Positions 1 through 9,813 of a stretch of 64,000 bases of DNA are shown piece after piece. This stretch comes from Caecitellus pseudoparvulus. Its lineage: Eukaryota > Protista > Bigyra: Bicosoecida. Below the pieces are notes generated by a model that worked only from the letters and a program-made list of their open reading frames with translations, was not told where the DNA came from and made no database searches. Location: the NCBI GenBank assembly GCA_965644315.1, contig CBFFRQ010000069.1:1364001-1428000 (forward strand). Direction: 5' to 3'. A program made the translations under genes and the position numbers. Position 1 is the first letter of the stretch; each line of letters begins with the position of its first letter.

Positions 1-1584
1 CAGAGCACACGTCTTACCCACTGCCAGGCTTCCCATGAGGAGCAAGGTCCATGAGGTGCCAGTGATCCAGGCGTCTTGCACCGTGTCGTCGCCCAAGCAG
101 TACTGCATCCAGGCTCGGCTGCGCACCATGTGATCAGGAAAGGGGGTCGCCAGCGGCTCCAACAAGCGTTGAAGGCGCTGCGGGCTATCGCCGGTGGACA
201 TGTACGGGGTGTTCATCACTGTCATAGTACTGGCGCTCTCTGAGCTGTTCTTGGGCCAGCTGAGGAATTGCGCTGCCAGCCGCTGCCTGGCGCTTTCATT
301 GCCCAGGCTTGCTCCCATCCAAGAACGCAGTGCGTCTGACAAGTGGAGGTCACTCTCTTCTTTCCGCGTGCCATATGAGTTCACGTTCATCGTGTACGTG
401 CGGTGTGGGCTGCCCTGCATGTGCTCTGCGAGAGCCTCCGAGCTAAAGTGGGCTCGCTCGACCTCTCGCCATGTCGCAGAAGTGTTGGGTGACAGGGGCA
501 CATCAACAATGACGAAGGGGAAGAGACCGTGACGATACCTCCAGTTCTTTGGCGCGTACCATTCTCTGGTGGTCATGCGCTTGATGCTACGAACATTATG
601 CTGCAAGCCAACCTGCGCGCTACCGTGGCCAGTCATGTGCCCAGCGGCCTTGTACAGCGACGAAGGCAAAAGACACGCACTTTGGGGTTGCAGGCATGGT
701 CCTCAGCTTCATGAAGAGCTTGGCCTGTCCATGCCATTTGGTAGCGACACCGAGCCTGCACAGCAATGGCGAACTGCTTCGCAGTACTGTCGCCGGCTGA
801 TTCGTCGCCGCGACACCAGACTGGGCAGCACATCAGCAAGATTGCTAGAGCCCAGCCGAAGCCCGAAAGAAGGCCCGGAGAGAGCAGCCCCATTTCCTCT
901 TTCGTGTCTGGTTGAACCTGATCGAGGGTGCGACCGAGGCCTCACGCTTGAGCGCTTTGAGCGGCGGCTTCCTGGGTGGTGAATGAGGCAGCACGCACGC
1001 CACGTGCAACGGAAGCCTTGCGCTCACAGCTAAGAAATGAGGCAAGGCGCACAACACTGCCGTGGCCACAGAGACCACACACCTAAGACTCCCTGGGCAT
1101 GGGTTTGTTCAAATGGGTGCCACGATTGAGCGGTGACGGCTCGATGAAAGGGGGGGCAGCCCTTGCCATAGAATCCAAGCTGCGGGCCTAGCGGATGAGT
1201 AGCCTGACGGAGACGTGTCCAGGTACGGATCACGGAGGAATCATCGTGGTGGCACTACATGCCAGCTTACCTTGCCCCTTGGGCGCATGCTCATGTGCTG
1301 GGATCCGGGCCAAGAAATGGCAAAGTCAGGGAAAACCTCGAGAAGTTCTGCAGCATTCTTGACGTGTGCGCCAGTCGAGCCGCGTTGCCGCCAGGGGGGA
1401 CACAGTTGGCCCCTAGGCTATGATTTTGGCGGTACCTCTTACAATTGACCCTTCGCACCCCTTTCACGCACACGAATTCTGGGAGTGCACGATTAAAACC
1501 CACCCACTTTCTGCAAAGGCACTCGAATGATTGTTGCCCAACGGCAACTTGCGCACCACGCACGTGTCTTTCACCCAGCAACAT
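1..1584 (-). CDS. Multi-exon gene, 3' end off the left edge; protein of unknown family with a P-loop (Walker A)
   Basis: Minus frame is open from 702 to 1 and ends WTLLLMGSLAVGKTCAL (hydrophobic strand + GxxxxGKT). Candidate gccATG at 1584 and a GTAAG donor at 1270. Internal exon structure unresolved. Confidence 0.45.
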
Positions 1585-1761
1585 GGCTGCTCAAACTGCT
1601 GTCTCTACAAAGGAAGGACACCCGAGCCTTGCAATGCTTCCGGCATCGTGGCGAGCAATCCCAGTGGTGCAGCCTCACTGGACACATGCTGCTGAAGCTG
1701 TGAGTACCAGATTCCGCACCCTGCAGAGCAGCCATGCTTTTTACCCTGGCTGACGTTTGCT

Positions 1762-2716
1762 ATGCCGGCACAGCCCGAGGAGGCGAGCGAACTCATGTCA
1801 CGACTCGATGAAGTCATGGATCAGGAAGGCAACCGCGTTTGTGCCGAGTGCCCCATTCAACATCCACAGTGGGCTGTCCTGGATCGAGGTGCGATATGCT
1901 TGCACTTATCGCATCAAGCTGCTTGTCACTCTTGTGCCGTGCCCACAGGCATCTTCGTATGCAGTCTGTGCGCGGGGGTTCATAGAGAGGGGGTCTCCAA
2001 GCGTGTGAGGAGCGTCGCCTACGACTCGAGCACGTGGGCGGATGAGGCAAACGTGGCTTTGATGGAGAAGAAGGGCAACGCAAAGCACAACGCGCTCTAT
2101 GCGAGCAAGACAGGGAAACTGCCTCCACCACCGAGCGATCCAACGTATCCTCAGATGAGGGAGTACATCTTTGAGAAGTACTCGTTCACTCCAAGCGTTG
2201 CCGCAGGGTCTGCAGGCAAACAGCTTGCCGCGGCGCCCACATGCGGCATGCTATTTGTCACCGCGGTCTCAGCAGCCAAGCTGAAGAATAGAGACACTGG
2301 CATTGGAGGGGATGTGTCAGACCCATTCCTCAAAGTCACTCTTGGCGACCAGGTAGTGAAGTCCTCCATCGTGCAGGACAGCCTTGACCCAGTGTGGGAC
2401 CAAGAGCTCGACGCTCTCAAGTGGGATGGCATGTCGCTTCTACAGGTTTGTGCTCCTCGCGGTAGCTGCTGTGCTCTCCATGCCCCCCCCCCTTCACGCG
2501 ACAGCGCTCGCTGCGCAGCTGGAAGTCCTGGACTATGACAAGTTCACCTCCGATGACACACTCGGGAAGGTTGTCATAGATCTTGATAACATCCCAGACA
2601 GTGGCGAAGACGAAGCGGGCATCCAGCACCTGACTTTGTCCCTAGCAGGGGACCATGCCCTGCCAGGCAGCACCGTCTCAGTCTCGCTGCAGTACAAGGA
2701 CTTGCGCAAATGGTAG
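1762..2716 (+). CDS. ArfGAP zinc-finger protein with C-terminal C2 domain
   Basis: After removing intron 1889-1948: NRVCAECPIQHPQWAVLDRG|IFVCSLCAGVHR...SKRVRSV (ArfGAP CxxC-x16-CxxC with catalytic Arg). C2 motifs LKNRD..SDPFLKV..LDPVW, then intron 2446-2518, then LEVLDYDKFTSDDTLG. Stop TAG 2714-2716. Confidence 0.9.
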
Positions 2717-2890
2717 GCCCCTACTTCGACAAGCGCCGGAATCGTTCAAAACGAAACGTGCCACCCACCAGTGTTTCTGTGGTCATTGAACGACAAGCAG
2801 CGTATTTGCTGTTGGTGGCAAGGTTTGGTCCTCGCAGCTCAGCTGTTCGGGTACTGGAGTCAATGCACATGCGTCCGTCAGGTGTGCAGC

Positions 2891-5800
2891 ATGCACAGTC
2901 GCCAGGGTCCCCGAAGGCTGAATGTGGATGAGGACTCAGACGACAGCCTTTCCGACTCTTTCGCTGGGGGGCAGGGCTCAGCAGCCGCGGCAGAGGAAAC
3001 GACGTCACGTGGCCGCACCAGCCCAGACGCTTCCCAGCGCCCTTCGCCTCTACACTTGGCGTCGTACCTGTGGAAGAAATCCAGTGGCCGTTCCTTCTTT
3101 GGGCGCCGCAATTGGTTACGGCGCTGGTTTGAACTGGACCCCTTTGAGCCTTGTCTATGGTATGCGCCGTCTCCCGATCGTGAAGAAGGAGTGAGTTTGT
3201 CCTGCGGAAGTTGCATGCGATCAATCATCCTGGCACGCTTGTGCCTTTTGCCTCACAGAAAGCGATTCCACTGCTTGGTGCGAAAATTGCAACGTGTTCA
3301 CACAGAAAACATGACCATTGCTTCCAAATATCAAGCCCCCTTGATGGGGAGCAAGCGGTCCCGACCACTTGGCTCCTGAGAGCTGAAGATGACAGCACCC
3401 TGTGCACCTGGATGGCAGCGCTTAGTGGGGTGCGCTCCCTGTGGACGTTGCACGGCGAGCCTGACGCACTGACACTGGATCCACATGTCCATCCAGTTGC
3501 CCAGCCAGCACTGCTCATGCAGCTCACGACTGCAGCGCACGCAGCAGCAGCTCGGCTGGCACGGGCAGCCGATGAAAGTGCACCGAAACCCAGAGCTGAA
3601 AGAGCCGATAGCCTTGACAGCGACGATAGCTTGGCGATTGAAACAAAAGGCGCGTCTTCGCATGCTGTTGATGAAGATGAAGCTGCTCTTCCTGGTCCAG
3701 GCGTGCCCGGAGAGGCTGTGCACTTGCACGCTGAGGGAGAGGACCAGGCTGCGTTGCCCAGCCCGATTGCATCTTCACAGGAGTGCACGGGCACGCCCAC
3801 TGGCGGCGTTCAAACTCCTGCTCTAGAAGAAGGCTCTGATCGTTCACTGCCACCCAGCCCACCGAGCCCGAGAGCAGCTCCAAGCACTGGTCCTGTTCAA
3901 CCTGACCAGGCCACTGAGCAGCCGATGCCTGGTGGCAACCCGTTCTCCCCTGCCCCCGAGCGAGAGCCGTCAGTGCCTGGTGGCAACCCGTTCTCCCCTG
4001 CCCCCGAGCGAGAGCCGTCAGTGCCTGGTGGCAACCCGTTCTCCCCTGCCCCCGAGCGAGAGCCGTCAGTGCCTGGTGGCAACCCGTTCTCCCCTGCCCC
4101 CGAGCGAGAGCCGTCAGTGCCTGGTGGCAACCCGTTCTCCCCTGCCCCCGAGCGAGAGCCGTCAGTGCCTGGTGGCAACCCGTTCTCCCCTGCCCCCGAG
4201 CGAGAGCCGTCAGTGCCTGGTGGCAACCCGTTCTCCCCTGCCCCCGAGCGAGAGCCGTCAGTGCCTGGTGGCAACCCGTTCTCATCCTCCCAAGCTCCAA
4301 CGATTCAAGTACGGAGCGACGCCACAGATAGCTTTAGTGCAGAAGACTTGACAAGAGTGGCCTCTGAGGCTCCACAGCGACCCAATCACAGTGGAGTGCA
4401 ACCCGAAGGAAGCTATCCTGCCACTGAAGTGCAAGTTCCCGTCGAGGACGCACGGTCTCACAGTTCACGCGGTTCACGGGAAGAAGTGGCTGATCGCTCA
4501 GAACCCGAGAGCGTTCGGAGCTTTTCATTTGAACTTGAGGAGTCGCGCGGAGAGGCTTCGAGTGGTTGTCCTGATGCCGGTGAAACGGCCAGCAGTATTG
4601 TTGTGCAACCAGTGAGCGCCGCTTACAGCCGACACAATAGGCAACGAACAGCTTTTTCTGAGTCCTCCACCTCCTCTGGGACTGATTCCCACGCAAAGGT
4701 TTTGAGCGACGGCCAAGCGGGTGAATCGAAGAGTCCTGTGCTGATGAGCCTTGAGGAGGGGGACAAAACAAGGGCAGCAGGTCACGTTGTCAGGGCCTTG
4801 CGCACAAGGGCAGCTTTGAGGGCACTGGCTGAAGCAGGGCAGCACGAAGCCTCTTGTTTGCGGGCTGATGTGTTGACTGAGGAGGACGCACGGCCAACAA
4901 GCAGCGCTCGTGACGCTCCTCGCTTTTCTGCCACCTCCACCGGCAGCCCCATTTCCCCAACCAGCGAATGCGACGCTGAGCAGCCCTCCTCATTCTTGTC
5001 ACAACTTGAAGAGGGTCTTGTTAGTCTCAAGGCTTTCCACGACTCCACGGCAGAGCTTGATCTTGTACCTCCACTATCTACCGCCTCGCAGGCACCCATC
5101 GTGCATGCTGGGCATGCTCCCAGCGAAGTGCCGCCTGTGGGCGATATTATCCAGCCCATAGAGGGATTCGTGCGGCCCAACGCTGCCCAGGCTACGGCTG
5201 AAGAAAAAGTTCTTGAGGCAGCGTCCACATTCCCTTCGGAGAAGGGTGACTGCGAGGAGCCTACCGCAAGAGTTGTGACGACATCGAGCGCAGCTTCTCT
5301 GTCAGTCTTTGAAGGGGTTCGTGCTGATGTGGAGCCAAGTCATCGACTTCCTCTGTGCCACACTGCAGTCCCCACCCGGTCAGCGCACACGATGAATGGA
5401 GGCAGTGGGTCGTTTCAGCAGAGTGTGGGCGCGGAGGGCGGTGTGGTGGGGGTGTCTGGGGAGAGTGTGGGCGCGGAGGGCGGTGTGGTGGGGGAGTCTG
5501 GGGAGAGTGTGGGCGCGGAGGGCGGTGTGGTGGGGGTGTCTGGGGAGAGTGTGGGCGCGGAGGGCGGTGTGGTGGGGGTGTCTGGGGAGAGTGTGGGCGC
5601 GGAGGGCGGTGTGGTGGGGGTGTCTGGGGAGAGTGTGGGCGCGGAGGGCGGTGTGGTGGGGGTGTCTGGGGAGAGTGTGGGTGCGGAGGGCGGTGTGGTG
5701 GGGGTGTCTGGGGAGAGTGTGGGCGCGGAGGGCGGTGTGGTGGGGGTGTCTGGGGAGAGTGTGGGCGCGGAGGGCGGTGTGGTGGGGGTGTCTGGGGAGA

Positions 5801-6711
5801 GTGTGGGCGCGGAGGGCGGTGTGGTGGGGGTGTCTGGGGAGAGTGTGGGTGCGGAGGGCGGTGTGGTGGGGGTGTCTGGGGAGAGTGTGGGCGCGGAGGG
5901 CGGTGTGGTGGGGGTGTCTGGGGAGAGTGTGGGCGCGGAGGGCGGTGTGGTGGGGGTGTCTGGGGAGAGTGTGGGCGCGGAGGGCGGTGTGGTGGGGGTG
6001 TCTGGGGAGAGTGTGGGCGCGGAGGGCGGTGTGGTGGGGGTGTCTGGGGAGAGTGTGGGCGCGGAGGGCGGTGTGGTGGGGGTGTCTGGGGAGAGTGTGG
6101 GCGCGGAGGGCGGTGTGGTGGGGGTGTCTGGGGAGAGTGTGGGCGCGGAGGGCGGTGTGGTGGGGGTGTCTGGGGAGAGTGTGGGTGCGGAGGGCGGTGT
6201 GGTGGGGGTGTCTGGGGAGAGTGTGGGCGCGGAGGGCGGTGTGGTGGGGGTGTCTGGGGAGAGTGTGGGTGCGGAGGGCGGTGTGGTGGGGGTGTCTGGG
6301 GAGAGTGTGGGCGCGGAGGGCGGTGTGGTGGGGGTGTCTGGGGAGAGTGTGGGCGCGGAGGGCGGTGTGGTGGGGGTGTCTGGGGAGAGTGTGGGCGCGG
6401 AGGGCGGTAGGGCTAGTTGTGAAGGTGGCAAGGCTCTTCGCAAACCAGTAGGTTCAGCAGCCTCTCTAAGAGTTCATTCTCGTGTACCAGGCCTTAATGG
6501 AGAAGTCAACCGAGAGAGATTGCACACTGCTAGTGACTCTGAGACAGCGAGTGTTCGTCCATCAGAGTCTGTTCGGTCCACTTTGGGCGAGTTTCTCGCT
6601 TTTGCATGCGAGGAATCCTCCGACAGTGACGAGGATGATTGGGGTTTGCCCGTGCATGAACCTATGCCGCGGGAAACTCTAGCCGCTCTACACAAGGTGT
6701 TGCATGGGTGA
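2891..6711 (+). CDS. PH-domain protein with long disordered tail containing NPF repeats and a Gly/Val/Glu/Ser repeat
   Basis: PH domain SYLWKKSSGRSFFGRRNWLRRWFEL...|KAIPLLGAKI...HCFQI...WLLRAEDDSTLCTWMAAL joined across intron 3191-3258 (GTGAGT..CACAG). Start ATG at 2891 is uncertain. Confidence 0.8.
3928..4283 (+). repeat. Coding tandem repeat, 48-bp unit, 7 identical copies plus a partial copy (PGGNPFSPAPEREPSV)
   Basis: Unit CCTGGTGGCAACCCGTTCTCCCCTGCCCCCGAGCGAGAGCCGTCAGTG repeated head-to-tail with no spacers; gives 8 NPF tripeptides. Confidence 0.97.
5422..6408 (+). repeat. Coding G-rich minisatellite, 42-bp unit x 23.5 (SVGAEGGVVGVSGE)
   Basis: Unit AGTGTGGGCGCGGAGGGCGGTGTGGTGGGGGTGTCTGGGGAG. 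Only variants seen: GGC>GGT in copies 7, 11, 19, 21 and GTG>GAG in copy 2. Confidence 0.97.
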
Positions 6712-6760
6712 GTAAGCGATAAACATTTTGATGGGTTACATTGTGAAGGAATGTCAAGCA

Positions 6761-8593
6761 TCACTCATCGATTTCGTCTGCTCCGTCAAGTGCGGCGTAC
6801 ACGTCGGGTTGAGTTTTGAATGCTGCCTCGTAGAGCTTAGTGCTGGCTGCCAAGTCCACCACACCACACACTTCGCGGATGGAGTGCATGGAAAGCTGGG
6901 GCACCCCAACATCAACCGTTGGCATGCCAAGGGAGGCTGCGAGGATGGGGCCAATAGTGGTTCCGCAGCCCATGTCCTGCCGGACGACAAAGTGCTGCAG
7001 TTTCACACCAGCCGCAACAGCGAATTGCTTGAATGCATGGGTTGTCACAAGGTTGGTGGCGTAGCGCTGGTTCACGTTGTGCTTGATAACAACGCCAGCA
7101 TTCATGGCCGGGCGGTGGCACCGCTCGTGCTTGCCAGGGTAGTTGGGGTGAACAGAGTGGGCCATATCAGCAGAAACCAGGAGAGACTTGCGCACGCTCT
7201 GTCGTACAGCAGCTGCGTCGTCGCCGTTCAGCGCGCTGACGATTGTGGCCATGAGGGAGCCGTCAGCCCCTGAGCCAGATTGGGAGCCCACCTCCTCGTG
7301 GTCGAATAGGGCAGCCACTGAGACATGCTTGGCGGCAGCGATGGCCTCGTCCGAAGCGGACGCCTTCAAAAGCCCTTCAATGGCACCAAAGCAAGAAGCC
7401 AGGTTGTCCAGGCGAGGGGCGAAGACGAACTCGTTGTATACGCCTCCCAGGGCGCACGGCTGCACGTCAAAGAGAGCCAGCTCCATGTCTACAATGTCTC
7501 CGACGCTGACTTTCAGCTCCTCGGCCAACGCACCAAGCAAGGCAGAGTGGTGCAGGTCGGCAGCGCCAGGGCCGCCTGCATCGCCAGCTGCGGTTGGAGC
7601 CGGTGCCGGTGCGTTCAGGCTGTCCGCCGCAGCCGTGGCGAGAATGGGGGCCAGATGTTCTTCCTTGTTCACCTTGAATGCCGTGCGCTCCTCTGCAGAG
7701 GTCAGGTGGATGGCCAGGTTGGAAATGCGCAGCAGGGGGCGGTTGATCTTGACGAGGCGAGTCTTGAATGTGTCGCCCACTTTCACGATGACACGCCCAG
7801 CTACGGAGAGGTCCCGGTCGAACCAAGTGTGCCACAGTCCGCCACCGTATGTCTGCACCCCAACAGTCCTGCACAAGGAGGTGGGAGAACTGGGGTGAGG
7901 GCAAGCGTCTTACATTCCTTGTGCGCAAGTGGCACGTACAGGTAGCCCTCCTTTGTCTGCTTGGAGGCAGGTTTGACCTTCAGACACGGCGAGTCTGTGT
8001 GTCCTGCGACGACTGCAATCCCGTTCCCAGGTTCAAACCCCCCACCGATGGTGAATGCCACCAAAGAGGATTGGTTGCGGGTCAGGAAGTACCTGCGGGG
8101 GCGCCGGCAGCGCGCGGTTCGCTTGCGGGATTTGGCCGCAACCACGCCAACAGGACACGCACTTGCCGCCAGGCTTCAGCGACCATGGCTGCCCTTCCTT
8201 GAGGCGCTCGAATCCTGGAACGTAGATAATGGGTGGGGTTTCTCACCCATCTCAAGCTGCCGGCCAAGCCCCTTGCTCACCTGCAGCCTCGAAGCGCTTC
8301 TGGGCTTCCAGCGTGGCATGAAAGACACTCGACGAGCCATCGTTGAACGCCAAGAAGTCCTGGGCGATGGAAACTTCCGTCTCGGTGGGGAAAGACACTT
8401 TGGGCTCTGAATCTGAGGCAGCAGCCATGTTGCGGCGAGGGGTTGTTGTAGCTGGCACGAAAGAGGCAGCTGCTGAGAAAGCTGCTGCTGGCTTGGAGAG
8501 GGTCCGGCTTGGGCTCCCGAGCACAGCTGGCGTGGGGCAGACAACTGGAAGAGCTCTACGTGCAAGTCGGTGGAGACGAATGACACGTGCCAT
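6761..8593 (-). CDS. DNPEP: Aspartyl aminopeptidase (peptidase M18) with N-terminal presequence-like extension
   Basis: M18 motifs SVFHAT, YFLTRNQSSLVAF, GHTDSPCLKVKP, VQTYGGGLWHTWFDRDL, RLDN, FDHEEVGSQS, SADMAH, CGTTIGP, LSMHSIRE. Three short introns near 8280-8215, 8162-8093 and 7939-7869. Confidence 0.95.
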
Positions 8594-8912
8594 GGCGCTC
8601 AGTGGTCAGAATGTTGAAGGGGGGAGGTGGAATGTTGCAGTGGTCATGGTTTGCATCTCCCCTCAATGCCTGCAAACAGAACGCCCGTCTAACAGCCGCC
8701 TGAAAAGCGCAGTGGGCCTTGGCGACCACATCGCTGCACATCAACTCCATGCTCTTCTGGGTGCCCAGTTCTTGTTCCGCGAGCTCCACTCTTATCGCCA
8801 GTGGAAGTGCACGAGAGGCTCATTGCTTTCTCCACTTGTGCTATTTCCGCACCTCCGCTGCCAGCTGCTGCCCAAGTGCTTCAGGTCCTGACTTTCTGCG
8901 CGGAAGAGCGAC

Positions 8913-9753
8913 ATGGCATTCCTCCTAGCAAAATCTGCCAGTCGCATCTCCCCCGCAGCACAGCTCGCTTTCCGGGCTTGCAGGGCTAGGTACGCAAGCC
9001 GTGGCAATGCACGATTGTGCCCTGGCTCATGAGCAGCTTCCCGCGCCGGCCTTTTGCAGTTCAAACAGCGCGAGCCCCGGTACCCTGTCTTTCGACACCC
9101 TACATGGTGCTTACAAGGAGCACGTGGCGGCAGCTGAGTCCCGAAAGCAGCAGCTGGAGGAGCTGCAAGCGGCTGTCGCTTCCCCTGGGGGCCAGGCCAC
9201 GCTCTTGCAAGCAGCTTTGCTGAAGACTGTCGCGCAGCCCGGGGAGGACGCGCTGATGGAGCAGGCCAACAAGTCAGAGCATGTGCCTCGCAGCTTTGAC
9301 CCTCACACAGCCCAGCACTCTGACGAGTACGTGCCTGTGGCTGACCCTCTGGCTCACGGCGCGCTGCTGGTAGACTTGGATGCCTGTACACAGTTCATGT
9401 CGCTGAGCTTGCATGGCCCCGTCGACGCAGCAAGCGACGCCAAAGCGGAGCTGCAGGTTCCCGATGCGGCAATGCTGGTGTCACCCGTGGCACGCAAGTA
9501 CGTGCGGGAGCTGGCGGGCCCCAGATACCAGTGGCAGCACCGTCGCCTTCGCATTGTGTCCCGCAAGTTCCCTACGGCTTCTCAAAACCAACGACATGCT
9601 TTGGAGCAAGCCCAAGCCGTGTTGCAAGAAGCAGAAGCCTTAGCAGAAGAGTTTGGCGACTTCCACCAGCCCAAGGTGGTCCCCCTGCCTTACGGGCACA
9701 AGGCCCGCCGCCGTGCGAAGCGACGCAAAGCCAAGGCAGGGCTGGCGTTCTAG
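8913..9753 (+). CDS. MRPS35: Mitochondrial ribosomal protein mS35 (MRP-S28 domain) family
   Basis: Exon 1 MAFLLAKSASRISPAAQLAFRACRA is presequence-like; intron 8990-9059 restores frame. C-terminal RELAGPRY...RLRIVSRKFPTASQNQRHALEQ matches the mS35/Rsm24 motif. Confidence 0.7.
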
Positions 9754-9765
9754 GCACCATCTTGA

Positions 9766-9781
9766 ATGCAATGCATTGCAT
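9766..9781. terminator. Perfect 16-bp palindrome between convergent genes; candidate bidirectional 3'-end signal
   Basis: ATGCAATGCATTGCAT is its own reverse complement and contains AATGCA on both strands; it lies in the 60-bp gap between the mS35 and kinesin stops. Function is inferred. Confidence 0.4.
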
Positions 9782-9813
9782 GCGCTGTGCCAGTCGTTGG
9801 TTTTCGTCTTCCT

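Noticed and set aside
3928-6408. CRISPR array or telomeric repeat reading of the two tandem arrays
   Set aside because: Units abut with no unique spacers, lengths are multiples of 3 inside a eukaryotic exon, there are no cas genes, and there is no short telomere-type unit.
5355-6451. Alternative-frame ORFs over the G-rich array (Cys/Gly-rich, Trp/Arg-rich, antisense mucin-like)
   Set aside because: They are by-products of a stop-free repeat unit; only one frame is continuous with the PH-domain gene.
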